From NCBI GenBank assembly GCA_024613925.1, contig GCA_024613925.1_4713.1: a DNA stretch of 64,000 nt; one strand, written 5' to 3'. Position 1 is the first letter of the stretch. The number at the start of each line of letters is the position of its first letter. The stretch comes from a phage. The notes below the pieces were generated by a model. It did no database searches, was not told the origin of the DNA, and was given only the letters and a program-made list of their open reading frames with translations. The translations under genes and the position numbers were made by a program. Positions 39,227-50,070 of the stretch are shown here, piece by piece.

Positions 39227-42200
39227 TATGCAAGCCTCACGATGTAGTTAAATGCAATGTTTTTGACGGTGTTTTCCGCGTTACCCGTAGCGTTAACGGT
39301 GATGGTGTGTCCATGTGATCCAATCGCAACCGAGTGCGTATGCGCACCAATACCTACAGTATGTGCATGTGCGCCAGAACTTGCTGCAGTACCAGACAGC
39401 GAGTGGGTATGTGCTCCATCTGATGATGTCTTCCCTGATATACGGGTCATACCTGAGCCACCTTCCAGTGGTACAATTGGTGCTTTGACTGAAACCTGGG
39501 TATAACCGTTAGGAAAGAGTGCACCATTATTAGAATTCGTATATGGTCCAGAACTCCGGTGTTGGTGCCCACCTGCACTATTTGCAGTCCCGCTCACACT
39601 GTGTGTATGTGCCCCGGTGTTATTCGTGGATTTAGTGCCGTAATCAAACGACGATGTGGTTTTCGTCCCCAAATCCGTATTGGATGCGCTGGCGCTATGG
39701 TTGTGCGATTTTATGCCGTCCTGTTCCTGAGACAATACGGCACGACCACTGGCAGGTTTGCCCTTAATCGTCCAGCCACGCATATCAGGAATAACGCCTG
39801 ACGGATAAGCCACTGCAAGTTTCGGGTATACAGATTTGTCAAAAGTCTGCCCTTGCATCAGAGCATAACCAGACGGAACGGTATCTGAAGGCCATGGAAT
39901 AGGCGCGCCAACAGGCAACTCCGGAGGTGCGGTAAACTCACCCAACTCCTTTATTGCCTCAATAAGTAGAGCTATTTGGGCAGAGATAGAGACCGTTAAA
40001 ACGTCCTCACCATTAGCGTCTTTATAAGTAGAAACTGCTTCAGGTAACACTTTTTGTAAGGTTTGTGCTACAACGCCAACCTCACGATGAACATTAGTGG
40101 ATTTAAAGTTCTCCTTTTTGTCGTATATTAAACCTGACAATTTCTTTACCTTCTCCAATGCATTAGTTATTGGAGAGAAATTACTTTTCAGCCGGGCGTC
40201 TGATCGTGTATAAACTTCGTTAAAGTTACCGTTCCCATCACAATCTATATTTCCAGTAACGTTGAGAGGTACATAGCTTTGAACAGCCTCTCTCGTAAAG
40301 CGTAAAACGTGGTCATAATCGGCGTAAACATCTAGAACGCCGTCCCCGTTCTGCTTAAAGCCGGTGTCATCATCCCCTAAAGCTATGGAGTTCTCACCTA
40401 AATGATTCTCGGTTCCAATACCCAGATTATCGCTTAAAATACTATCAATAGCAAATATTGAATGAGAACAATAAAACCCTCGTCCATTGTTAAAATCCAA
40501 AATGGTTTGTGCGTTCGTGCTTTCTGTCGCGGGATTAGTTGCTCCCCACTTATAGGTTGTTTGACCGACGGTATAATTCTTGGTCGGAACACTAACCGAT
40601 AACCCTTCTTCGGCAAAAACTTGAATAGGGAAAGCCCTACCTTCGACGTAAAAAACGCTGCACACATCATCATCTTCCGCACCTGTTACAATGGAATGGA
40701 TTGCGCGCTCATCAGTATCATATATCGAAAAATACCCTGCTGCGTATGAACCACGATCAGTCCAACCGCCCGGCATTACCGTTCCATTGAATTCGCAGTT
40801 ATTCATTGCATAATCACCACTGGCAGATGTGGTTGTAATAACCACTCTGGAAGCCAGTTCGCCAGTGCTACCAGTGGAACGCCGGAAAATAACTGGATAC
40901 CACTTTCCGCCAACGGCTTTAGACGGCGCGTTAAATACGTACTGCCGCATTCCTTTTTTCTTATCCACCTCGTCTTTGCTGTAAACATTAATGTTACTCA
41001 GGAAGCGACCCTTATCAGGAATATCTGCGCCGTTAGAACTGCGTTGCATAGCGCCCGCAGCTTTATCAACAGTGGTTTTCAAACCCAGGAAGTTAATGAT
41101 ATCGGCCGTCGACCCTTTCGCTAACAAATCACGCGCAGTCGAGGTGAAATCCGCTAACCCTACCTGATTACTACCGGTAAAATAAGGGAGTTTATTCGCT
41201 TCTGTTGTTAGGTTAGACCACGCCGTGAGCAGCGCGTTCAAAGGTTGTTTACCCGCCAACGTATTGGTTATTGTCGTTGCGAAATTAGGATCGTTCCCTA
41301 AAGCTTGAGCCAGCTCATTAAGCGTATTTAGCGCTTCTGGAGACGAGTCGATCAGTGATGCGATAGCACGCATCACAAATTCCGTGTTGGCAATCTGTCG
41401 ACTGCTATCGTTCTCTGCAGCCGTAGGCGCTGCCGGGATACCGGTGAACACAGGGCTATTAAGATCTGCCTTGAGAGCGATGAGACGTTTAAGTGCGTCG
41501 ACATCGACTTTCAGGTTTTCCCATCCGATGAGAGAACCACCACTGCTGGCATGGTAACGGTTGTACCAGAAGTCACCGTTAACGCCTAAAAAGAATATTC
41601 CCTTCTCTTCGTTTTGTGGGCCGGAACTATTTCGTGACGAGCTGATGTAATTGATTTCAATGAGGCCGTTAAACGTCACTCCCGGGATGATTTTGTTGTC
41701 TCCAGCCGACTGTGATACCTGGTAAATCCCCGGGGTTGCGGCTTTGACCCATGTTAAGAATTCTGTTACTCCAGCGGTACCGCTGAAATTCTTAACGTCG
41801 GTAAGTATTGCCCCATAACCGAACATACCGGGTAGAGCCACTCGTCCGTTGGTGCGGTCACGAATATCTGTTGCAACAACAGGCAATTGTTTACGAACGG
41901 CATTAACCGCTTTAGGCGTGGCCGATTTTGTCTCGTCGTCGCTATCGGTTTCATTACTTAGAATAGTTAAACCGCGCGTAGCAGTCGTTGCATCAGGAAG
42001 AAATGCGTTATCCAACACCTTAAGCTGTATTGCACTCGTATTACTAACAACGACATGCACCTGACAGTTAAGAACGCTGGTTGCGCCTTCGGTAGGCGTA
42101 GGCTTATATCTTTCTGGCGCACTGCAGACGGCAATCAGAACACCTTGGTCATCATACAAACCGATCTCACGTACCCAGAACCCACCTTGACCAGCAGGAA

Positions 42201-42438
42201 TAATACCCTCAACGATAATCCTGGTTGTGCTGTCACCATCCGCATGGATATTAGAAACTTCCCCACGATAAACTTCGTGAACAAGCGCTGTTTGGCTGGC
42301 GTTCGGGGTTGGGATCGAGCCGTTACCATCACCAACGGCAAAGTGTGTGATTTTTAGTTTCTCACCGTCGGGAAGTAACGCAGCGGTGATACGTTCTGCT
42401 CCTTTATCGGTAACTACCGTTATATATGCTGTACTCAT
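39226..42438 (-). CDS. Tail fibre protein, mosaic: P2 gpH-like N-terminus and lambda Stf-like His-x-His C-terminal tip
   Basis: N-terminus ..[20 protein letters not shown].. and collar motif [26 protein letters not shown]; C-terminus [53 protein letters not shown]. Confidence 0.85.
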   Translation of the reverse strand: MSTAYITVVTDKGAERITAALLPDGEKLKITHFAVGDGNGSIPTPNASQTALVHEVYRGEVSNIHADGDSTTRIIVEGIIPAGQGGFWVREIGLYDDQGVLIAVCSAPERYKPTPTEGATSVLNCQVHVVVSNTSAIQLKVLDNAFLPDATTATRGLTILSNETDSDDETKSATPKAVNAVRKQLPVVATDIRDRTNGRVALPGMFGYGAILTDVKNFSGTAGVTEFLTWVKAATPGIYQVSQSAGDNKIIPGVTFNGLIEINYISSSRNSSGPQNEEKGIFFLGVNGDFWYNRYHASSGGSLIGWENLKVDVDALKRLIALKADLNSPVFTGIPAAPTAAENDSSRQIANTEFVMRAIASLIDSSPEALNTLNELAQALGNDPNFATTITNTLAGKQPLNALLTAWSNLTTEANKLPYFTGSNQVGLADFTSTARDLLAKGSTADIINFLGLKTTVDKAAGAMQRSSNGADIPDKGRFLSNINVYSKDEVDKKKGMRQYVFNAPSKAVGGKWYPVIFRRSTGSTGELASRVVITTTSASGDYAMNNCEFNGTVMPGGWTDRGSYAAGYFSIYDTDERAIHSIVTGAEDDDVCSVFYVEGRAFPIQVFAEEGLSVSVPTKNYTVGQTTYKWGATNPATESTNAQTILDFNNGRGFYCSHSIFAIDSILSDNLGIGTENHLGENSIALGDDDTGFKQNGDGVLDVYADYDHVLRFTREAVQSYVPLNVTGNIDCDGNGNFNEVYTRSDARLKSNFSPITNALEKVKKLSGLIYDKKENFKSTNVHREVGVVAQTLQKVLPEAVSTYKDANGEDVLTVSISAQIALLIEAIKELGEFTAPPELPVGAPIPWPSDTVPSGYALMQGQTFDKSVYPKLAVAYPSGVIPDMRGWTIKGKPASGRAVLSQEQDGIKSHNHSASASNTDLGTKTTSSFDYGTKSTNNTGAHTHSVSGTANSAGGHQHRSSGPYTNSNNGALFPNGYTQVSVKAPIVPLEGGSGMTRISGKTSSDGAHTHSLSGTAASSGAHAHTVGIGAHTHSVAIGSHGHTITVNATGNAENTVKNIAFNYIVRLA

Positions 42439-42444
42439 GGTGTT

Positions 42445-42972
42445 TTATCCTGGATAAATAGTGATGATATCACCAATGACGGTTGTGGCACCGGCGTAAA
42501 GATGAGCCGGGGATACATCGTGTTGGTTTGTCACAGTAAGATCCAATCGACCACGCCAAACCATGGAGGTATTCGCGATGGGGATAGAGATCTTTTTGGA
42601 TATATCGTCACGAAAATCAATAACAGTGGCAAGGGTAACTGCATCAAAATCGACGTCGGGGTCAAAGACGAACCCGTATCGATCTGAAATCGCCCGAATA
42701 ATCGCATGTATAGTTGTTGTCTCAACGGACTCTAAAACGATTTTTACCGGTATTCCTAAAAATGCCTTCGCGATATCGCGTCGAGCGTAAACGATAAAAC
42801 TTTCACCGCACCACTTTGTTCCTTCATTTGCTGTGACGATCACTTTTGCCCTGTTAGCACCAGAACTCCCATCCAATGTTAATGTAAGATCGGAGCTGCT
42901 GAACACGCTACCGTTACGTTGGTTTATCAACGTAATCAGTTCGTCTTTCCATGGCGGGTAAAGTGAACGCAT
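42445..42972 (-). CDS. Small fibre-associated protein with the conserved N-terminal anchor domain
   Basis: Start moved to ATG at 42972 (MRSLYPPWKDEL) with GGAGGAGGG ribosome-binding site; RRDIAKAFLGIPVKI..YGFVFDPDVDF block. Confidence 0.55.
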   Translation of the reverse strand: MRSLYPPWKDELITLINQRNGSVFSSSDLTLTLDGSSGANRAKVIVTANEGTKWCGESFIVYARRDIAKAFLGIPVKIVLESVETTTIHAIIRAISDRYGFVFDPDVDFDAVTLATVIDFRDDISKKISIPIANTSMVWRGRLDLTVTNQHDVSPAHLYAGATTVIGDIITIYPG

Positions 42973-43127
42973 AAGCGCACCCTCCTCCAACAATCAAATT
43001 AAATTGTAAACGCCTCGAGACCGGAGTGCGATTCGAGGTAAACGTAAACAGTCCAGACGACCGCATAAAATTCCGCGCATATTGCCCCTCTATCCCGACA
43101 AAGCGAGATAGAGGGAGGATAATACTT

Positions 43128-44882
43128 TTATGCTGCTACGTATCCCGGCCAACGTTCTCTTGGCCAGTTTGTTGCGCCCTGCCCAACGTTGTCCTTACCA
43201 GAAATTACATTACTTACGTCCCAACCGCTAAGGTCTTGGTTAAATGCGGTGTTATCGCGCATCATGAGATCGATCTCACGTAGTGACTGGGTATTCCAGC
43301 CGGAAATGTCTTGGTTAAATGCTTTATTGGAGGCAAACATGTTAGTCACGTTCTGTAATTTTGATGTGTTCCAACCACCGATATCACTATTGAACGACGT
43401 GTCCGAGAACATGCCTGCGGCGTTAATGAGGCTGTCTGTTTTCCAGTTAATCAGCTTGTCACCATCGAGCGCCCTGCAACCACCGAACATAAAACTCATA
43501 TCGTTAACTTTGGATACATTCCATTTATCTAACCCGTTACCAACGAACGCGTAACAAGACTGGAACATCCAGCTCATATCGGTAACCCGACTCACATTCC
43601 ATTTACTGAAGTCGAGGTTAAGTTTCTGACACCCTAAGAAGGTTTCACACATACTGGTGATACGACTAACATCCCACTCTTGGATGTTGGGGTCGTTAAG
43701 CGTCGTTAAATAGTTGAACAATTTGTCTAACGACGTCCATTTCTCTGGGATACGGTTTGGTACTGTATGAAGCGATGAAAGGTTATTGGTTGATGGAGAG
43801 CGGAACATGCCGTTATCCCAATTTACGATCTCCGTAATTTCGTACCCTCTGATCGTCTGAGTAGCGTAACCATCTTTCACCGTACCTGTAGCGACGATGG
43901 TATATTCACCAGTGTCCGCATAATCGTGGACGTAGGCATTGTTGCTGGCGGTCTCCGTCGTCTTAGTCCCATCACCCCAATCGATATTGACGTTATCCCA
44001 CCCACCTAGTTTGAACTGTACTTTGCCTCCGGTGGCTTTTAGGATGTATTTACCCCCATTGTCTGTATAATAACAGACAACCATTGGACCGTACAGATTA
44101 CCTATCTGCCAATCATCCTTTTGCGTTATTGCGATTTGCGCCGCACCACGCTGTACGAAGAGTACCGTACGATTCTCGGCAGTCTGTAATGTGGTTATTG
44201 CCTGAGCCTTATCGTCCTCGCTAATTTCACCAGACACCACTAAAGCGCTTAACATCCTTTCGAAGTATTCGATCGGTAACTCAGCTCCAACAGACTTATC
44301 AACAGACTGTACAGCAAGATCACCCAATGCTGCAGTGGTAGCCAATGCCAATGAACCCTTGGTCATATCTGTTTCTTGGATGTAATGCAGTCCCGTAAGC
44401 TGGTACGCTTGAATAATAGTAATCAGGTTCAGCGTATCGTTAACGACCTGTACTTGTAAATACCCGGACCACACATAGCTGTCTTCGGCAATTAGTAGAT
44501 CGACTGACTGAATACCTGATGTTTCAAAGGTGATCTTCTCATTAAGATCGGTTTCCAGGAAATCAACCGCGAGGTCGAAATTAATGCCGTACTTTTCAGC
44601 GATGGAATCTACGATATTTCTTAAAGTAACATCTGTGCTTACGATAAAACGTAACGGAATTCCTGTAAACGCTTTAGCAATGTCTCGACGAACATACGTA
44701 AGCGATTGTTCGAAGAAATACGGGCTGTTATCTCCAGGCTTGATGGTTACCTGGCACACTTCAGGATATTCGGCTGGGATGAACGATTCGAATTTAACAT
44801 CGGATTCTTTCAACGAAAGATTGTTATTCCGGTTCACTAACGCCAGAAGATCGGCTTTCCATCCGGGGTAAACTGTAGACAT
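43128..44882 (-). CDS. Tail fibre with N-terminal anchor domain and C-terminal DUF285/BspA-like repeats
   Basis: Start moved to ATG at 44882 (MSTVYPGWKADL, GGAG upstream); C-terminal repeats WDVSRITSMCETF / WNVSRVTDMSWMF / WNVSKVNDMSFMF / WNTSKLQNVTNMF / WNTQSLREIDLMM / WDVSNV. Confidence 0.65.
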   Translation of the reverse strand: MSTVYPGWKADLLALVNRNNNLSLKESDVKFESFIPAEYPEVCQVTIKPGDNSPYFFEQSLTYVRRDIAKAFTGIPLRFIVSTDVTLRNIVDSIAEKYGINFDLAVDFLETDLNEKITFETSGIQSVDLLIAEDSYVWSGYLQVQVVNDTLNLITIIQAYQLTGLHYIQETDMTKGSLALATTAALGDLAVQSVDKSVGAELPIEYFERMLSALVVSGEISEDDKAQAITTLQTAENRTVLFVQRGAAQIAITQKDDWQIGNLYGPMVVCYYTDNGGKYILKATGGKVQFKLGGWDNVNIDWGDGTKTTETASNNAYVHDYADTGEYTIVATGTVKDGYATQTIRGYEITEIVNWDNGMFRSPSTNNLSSLHTVPNRIPEKWTSLDKLFNYLTTLNDPNIQEWDVSRITSMCETFLGCQKLNLDFSKWNVSRVTDMSWMFQSCYAFVGNGLDKWNVSKVNDMSFMFGGCRALDGDKLINWKTDSLINAAGMFSDTSFNSDIGGWNTSKLQNVTNMFASNKAFNQDISGWNTQSLREIDLMMRDNTAFNQDLSGWDVSNVISGKDNVGQGATNWPRERWPGYVAA

Positions 44883-44922
44883 AAGCACTCCAAAGTTCAT
44901 GGGGCGGTAACCGCCCCGTTGG

Positions 44923-47900
44923 TTAAATTGTTGGTTTAATATCGCGTAATAGGGCAATATAATAGCCTAATCCTCGGAGGATCTCTCCACTCCAGAAACC
45001 AAAATACATTCCGTCTCTGCCGAGATTAGCGCTATCTGGTGCAGGACTCCACCCACCATTCATTACGTCATCAACGGTGTAGCGGTTGATGTAGTTCTCA
45101 ACGATTTCGTTATACGCATTAACCGCAACAGAATAGCCTTTATCGTTGGGATGTCCGTACAACATTGCTAACGACGCACCCGCCAACCATAATCCTGCCA
45201 TATGACCAGTAAAATCATTAGGGATAAAAGCAGGGGGTTTATCCATCGGAAAATCCGTAGGAGATTGATAAGCGTTTTCCTGTTGATACGTAAACAAGAA
45301 ATCGATCCAATGGCTGATGTAAGTGGTTAACTTCTCAGGGACGGCTAAACCACGATCGAGCAGTCCAGCATAAAGCCTCACCGCTGAGAAGAAAGCCCTC
45401 GGCTGATAACCAGACCATGCCGTCTGATCGCCGAAGTGGTACATCGTAAAATCATTAACTTTTGATCCGCTTGGCGCATCCCAACGATCCCACACGTACG
45501 CACTTGCCCCTGGCCCTAAAACCCCGAATTTCTGATAATACCACTGCTGCGAGTCATACCAGAAATTCACAACATTCTGAATCATGAGGTCACGTCGTTC
45601 AGCCGATACGTCCATATCCAGGAAGACCCATGGATGTTGGTAGCCGGGATAAGGCTGACCACGCCAACTGTCGAACGTCGGTGCGTTAGGGACATAGTTG
45701 TTCGAGAACGGAATAATACCCGGAGTATAAGGCAATGGATCCAGACGTTGGTTGACAATCGTACAATCGCCAACACGCAGTGTGCCCTCCGCCTCAAAGG
45801 TTGCTTTTAACGTAAACAGCATGGTATATCCGTCATCCGTGGTGTAAGTTGACGGTGGATTGTTGATGGCGTAAAGCTTAAATACCCCTTCAGCGATATC
45901 GCCGTCGTCAGGCAAGAACAGAATTTCAGTTGAACCATCGCCCCACACAGGTGCAGAAGGTTTAGGGTCAGTATCAGCGTGGCCCGGTTGATACCCTGAG
46001 AGCGTCCATCCGTTCGCCGAAAGCGTCAATGTATTTCTTGCTGTGGTGGCCGGTAGCATATACCACCATCGCCAGCCGTTTGTATCTTCTACACGAACGT
46101 TGTAGTCAATCGACGCGAAATAACTGACCTGCCTTACGATCTGTTTTGCGGTCGGATTGAATTCAAATTGCCCGCCTGCCGCAGTAAGCTGCGCTTTTAG
46201 GAACAACCCATCCCAGGAATCTTCCACCGCTTCGCTGAATTCTGTTGTGATGGCGACATCATCTTTCCAGCCGACTTTATCAGCCGATATCAACACAGAA
46301 CCTGTAACAGCATCGCCGGTTGGCGTTGAAGCTTCATCAACCGCATCAGCAGGAATCAACGAGCCTATTTTGAAATCCCATTCTTTCGGCTCGGCACTGG
46401 AAGGTAACACCAGCTTGTACGTTTTGGCTTTCGCTTCGGTTTTGTCCAAAGAAAGCGATAATGAGATCTCAACCGGAATTGCAATACCCGCTGTATCTTT
46501 ACCACCGCAGGTTACACGAAGAATTGAATCACGATTGACGCGGAACGGAATAGCCTGCTGTTCAAGGTAAATTTGTGCTGAGGATGCTTGAATCACGATC
46601 CAGCCGTCAGTATCACGTGTAATTGTGAACGGTGCTTTCGATGGATAGGTATACGTGTAAGCGATACCGTCGGTGTCGTAACGATCGGTTCCTTTTACCT
46701 GACGGAAGAACTTATCGTTGGCGTCGATACGAGTATATTCTTCAATCGTAAACAACGATGCCTTGTACGCTTTCTGATAGCGCTCCTGCTGCGTTAAACT
46801 GTATAAGGTGTAGGCTGCTTCACAAAACCACTGTTCAGCGTCTGACGCGTTTCCCATGTAGTCTCTGGTGACCGGCACCTGGATCGGTCGGTTATGCTGA
46901 CACTCGTTCGTTTTGATGAGGTATCCGCCATATTCAACAGGAACGCGGGGTGCCCACGCAACCAAATAAGAACCGCTGACGGACTTATCTTTGAGTACGA
47001 TGGTGCCCACCTCATCGTCAGTACACGCTTCAAGATCGTCCCCGCCCACACTTACGTATCGTTTTGTGCGTAACGCAACTTTCTCGATAGGGAACACCGT
47101 ACCCTTTGTATCCCAGTCAATCGTCCCATCATCATTGGTTTTGAACACATCGGCGTTCAAATTCTGCCAGCCGAGTTTACCCTCATAGACCTGAACAACA
47201 AGATCCATGTATTCCCCGAACGTTGGTGCCCCATGTGTTATTTTCCCGATACCGTTGGTGAATGTAACCGCGGTGTCATGGAAACCGCCATGTGTCGGGT
47301 AATCGTTTTTTGCAAGAGGATAATGGGCCAACACCGGCTGTTTACCATTAACAATCCAGTTAGCGATCCAGCGTGCCGGTGTATCCGGTGGTTCAAGACC
47401 CGCATAGAACGCTTTTATATACGCATCGAACGATGCCTCCGCTAATGTGAGATAGTGCGCTTTAAGCTTGGTATCATCCGTTGTATGACTGAATATACCC
47501 GCACCCAGAATTAACAACGACTGTCCTTCTGTTGTTGCGTCACCATCCGGTTGTGCTTCTTGTCGTGTTGCTGCAATGAAATGACGGTTGTTTACCATGA
47601 CCCCGCTTTCATTTAACACGTAATGATCGGTTTCTGGATCGGTAAACGTTCCTGTGTTTCGGGTTAAGAATCTTGCATGGCCATAACCAACGAAATTAAC
47701 CGGCGACGCTGTAATCATCCATTTACCGATAAGTTGAGCAACATCATTATAACGCTCGGATGCGGTGATTTGTTTCACGTACCAGTCTTTACGGTTAAAT
47801 GTCCAAAGCAGGAAGTAATAAGTTGTATCGATTTCCATCACTGGGAACGTCGGCGTTAACGGCTCCAGCATTAAGTAGTTGCTCCAGTCAATCTGTCCGC

Positions 47901-48519
47901 CAACAACCGATGGGGTAATCTCTAATAACTGACACCATTCATAACGGTCCGGTACACTACTGGACGTTGTTGGTAAAGGTAACTTGTATACGCCGGTACG
48001 ATTCAGATCGAACGCTTTTCTAGCCGATCCTAAATCAACATAAATACTCGATGATGCGCTTGCACTATACGCTCCCAAAGCACCTAGCGTTGACCGATAC
48101 ATTGAGATGAACAACGTATCTTTCCAGTACGGGTTATCCTTGGTTGGTTCTAAAGCGATTTGTGCGGAGATGCTGTTCTGTGTCCCTAACTGGTATGTTG
48201 CATTTAAAGATTCTTCCGTGAAATAACTTTCTGCAATTGCCAGATGGAACTGCTCGTTCAATAATGCGAGTGCGGCGCGTCCAGTAACATCCTCATTACC
48301 GGTTTCTTTTTTCATGATCGCGCCGAACGGAAACAATGTCGCGAATGACCGTTTTGGTTTATTAACCGTAACCGTCCCTGTGTAATTTCCAACACCATCA
48401 AGTTTTTGACTATCGCCAACAGCAGTGACTGCGATACCATCAGCCGGGATATCTGTTTTATTTAGTATATTGAGTTGGTCAACCAGATCCTGCTTATCGT
48501 CAGGTAAGAATGTCGCCAT
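44923..48519 (-). CDS. Large tailspike or fibre protein (1198 aa)
   Basis: Strong AAGGTGGAG ribosome-binding site; very long ORF next to fibre genes; Gly/Trp/Tyr-rich. Confidence 0.65.
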   Translation of the reverse strand: MATFLPDDKQDLVDQLNILNKTDIPADGIAVTAVGDSQKLDGVGNYTGTVTVNKPKRSFATLFPFGAIMKKETGNEDVTGRAALALLNEQFHLAIAESYFTEESLNATYQLGTQNSISAQIALEPTKDNPYWKDTLFISMYRSTLGALGAYSASASSSIYVDLGSARKAFDLNRTGVYKLPLPTTSSSVPDRYEWCQLLEITPSVVGGQIDWSNYLMLEPLTPTFPVMEIDTTYYFLLWTFNRKDWYVKQITASERYNDVAQLIGKWMITASPVNFVGYGHARFLTRNTGTFTDPETDHYVLNESGVMVNNRHFIAATRQEAQPDGDATTEGQSLLILGAGIFSHTTDDTKLKAHYLTLAEASFDAYIKAFYAGLEPPDTPARWIANWIVNGKQPVLAHYPLAKNDYPTHGGFHDTAVTFTNGIGKITHGAPTFGEYMDLVVQVYEGKLGWQNLNADVFKTNDDGTIDWDTKGTVFPIEKVALRTKRYVSVGGDDLEACTDDEVGTIVLKDKSVSGSYLVAWAPRVPVEYGGYLIKTNECQHNRPIQVPVTRDYMGNASDAEQWFCEAAYTLYSLTQQERYQKAYKASLFTIEEYTRIDANDKFFRQVKGTDRYDTDGIAYTYTYPSKAPFTITRDTDGWIVIQASSAQIYLEQQAIPFRVNRDSILRVTCGGKDTAGIAIPVEISLSLSLDKTEAKAKTYKLVLPSSAEPKEWDFKIGSLIPADAVDEASTPTGDAVTGSVLISADKVGWKDDVAITTEFSEAVEDSWDGLFLKAQLTAAGGQFEFNPTAKQIVRQVSYFASIDYNVRVEDTNGWRWWYMLPATTARNTLTLSANGWTLSGYQPGHADTDPKPSAPVWGDGSTEILFLPDDGDIAEGVFKLYAINNPPSTYTTDDGYTMLFTLKATFEAEGTLRVGDCTIVNQRLDPLPYTPGIIPFSNNYVPNAPTFDSWRGQPYPGYQHPWVFLDMDVSAERRDLMIQNVVNFWYDSQQWYYQKFGVLGPGASAYVWDRWDAPSGSKVNDFTMYHFGDQTAWSGYQPRAFFSAVRLYAGLLDRGLAVPEKLTTYISHWIDFLFTYQQENAYQSPTDFPMDKPPAFIPNDFTGHMAGLWLAGASLAMLYGHPNDKGYSVAVNAYNEIVENYINRYTVDDVMNGGWSPAPDSANLGRDGMYFGFWSGEILRGLGYYIALLRDIKPTI

Positions 48520-48532
48520 TATTTACTCCACC

Positions 48533-49363
48533 TTAATCGTAACTAAAATAAAGTTTGCTGCTGACGCCGCTATCGGAATGAGGTTTTAACACCAGAACAG
48601 AGCTTCCGAACGACGGAAGTATTGGAACATCTAAATCGTTCGCGTCAGCAACTTTTCCATTATAAACGACACTGGCTGTTGTGATGAGTTCCCAAGCTGA
48701 GGTATAACTCATTGAAATCAGCGATGAGGCTAAACGGAATGCGTTGTATCCTTCTGGACTATCTCCAACCGACATCGAACGTATCGCATCTTGCGGCGGT
48801 AAATTTAGCTTGATACCGTAAGTGCTGAATGTGTGGAAATCCCCTTGTTTACTATCTTCTGGATAGTACGAGGTTAGTGGTTCTCGCACCGTAAACAGTT
48901 CGCTAATATCGGTACTTACCGCTTTTCGTGCGAGGAATTGAAACGTACCGTACCACGATGCCGATGCATCAGAACGAACGGGAACAGATATGGTTTTCTC
49001 GCCGCTTTCAAATTTAACCTGTGATGCTAACGCTGAAGAATCAAAGATCGTTAAATCGATCTTCAACCCATACTTCTTAAACAGCTGCGTTAAGCAATCT
49101 GCTATCGTCGTCTTATCAGCAACGACAATAAAAGGTTGGTGTTTGATAAAGAGCTTATTAATGTCTCGACGTTGAAGATAAACCTGTACGGGGTCTTCGA
49201 CGTAGTAAACCGATTGTGGTGCGGGGGCTATAGAAAGGCGTAACCGACCCGATGCACCATACCAGGCTGGCGTTAACGTAATGTCTGACAGGGATAACGG
49301 ATGCTGGAGATAGGTGTTTATTTTAGATAACACTTCCTCCTGCCATGATGCTTCAGGATACAT
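48533..49363 (-). CDS. Fibre-associated protein with the conserved N-terminal anchor domain
   Basis: ..YLQRRDINKLFIKHQPFIVV..YGLKIDLTIFD resembles the anchor block; GAGG ribosome-binding site. Confidence 0.55.
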   Translation of the reverse strand: MYPEASWQEEVLSKINTYLQHPLSLSDITLTPAWYGASGRLRLSIAPAPQSVYYVEDPVQVYLQRRDINKLFIKHQPFIVVADKTTIADCLTQLFKKYGLKIDLTIFDSSALASQVKFESGEKTISVPVRSDASASWYGTFQFLARKAVSTDISELFTVREPLTSYYPEDSKQGDFHTFSTYGIKLNLPPQDAIRSMSVGDSPEGYNAFRLASSLISMSYTSAWELITTASVVYNGKVADANDLDVPILPSFGSSVLVLKPHSDSGVSSKLYFSYD

Positions 49364-49420
49364 GCTGACCTCATAGATGATCGTTGATAGGAAAGAGACC
49401 TAATTCATACCATGGGAACC

Positions 49421-49476
49421 TTAAAAAAAAGAAAAATAGGAAAACGGTGTTCATCCTTTTAGGGATGAACACCGTG
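49421..49476 (-). terminator. Rho-independent terminator (minus strand)
   Basis: 13-bp stem ACGGTGTTCATCC/GGGATGAACACCGT followed on the minus strand by a long U-rich run. Confidence 0.65.
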
Positions 49477-49494
49477 TACCGTTATATCGAACGA

Positions 49495-50070
49495 TTAATG
49501 AGGAATCAGATCGTTAAGCTTTTCTTCTTCAATGACAAAGAAGTTGTTCTGGTCGTCTAAATCTGTTAACAGGACTTGCCCAACAGTAAAGCAAGTTCCG
49601 CCTTTCTTAGGCACCCATACAGGCTCGTTCGTTACCTTATCGGGATACCATTTGAAACGATTGGTATCTAAGAAGAACGCTGCTTTGTTCGCTTTATCGG
49701 TTGAACGATAGCTAACTAGCGCAGGCCACTCAATCCAGGTGTTTGTGCACGGCACATGTAAAGGATACCATGCGCGCCAGCGTTTGCCTGGCCTGTTAGG
49801 ATCAACCCAATACTCGGCAGTCAATACAGCATCTTTATAATGTTTCTGCATTAACATTTCGAGCACAAGCTCATTGCCTTTTGATGCGTCTAAAGTCACT
49901 TCCGTCATATAAAGAGATTTAGGTAATTCAGACTGTTTTGCGGGTGTTACAACACCGGTAACCAACGGTCTGCTCGGTTTACGTTTCTGTTCTTTCCGAC
50001 GTGTGTAAAAGAATAGTCCGATAGATACAGCAACAAGTATAATAAACAACACTACCTTAATCCAACTCAT
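49495..50070 (-). CDS. Hypothetical protein with N-terminal transmembrane helix
   Basis: MSWIKVVLFIILVAVSIGLFFYTRRK..; 4-bp overlap with upstream gene. Confidence 0.5.
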   Translation of the reverse strand: MSWIKVVLFIILVAVSIGLFFYTRRKEQKRKPSRPLVTGVVTPAKQSELPKSLYMTEVTLDASKGNELVLEMLMQKHYKDAVLTAEYWVDPNRPGKRWRAWYPLHVPCTNTWIEWPALVSYRSTDKANKAAFFLDTNRFKWYPDKVTNEPVWVPKKGGTCFTVGQVLLTDLDDQNNFFVIEEEKLNDLIPH

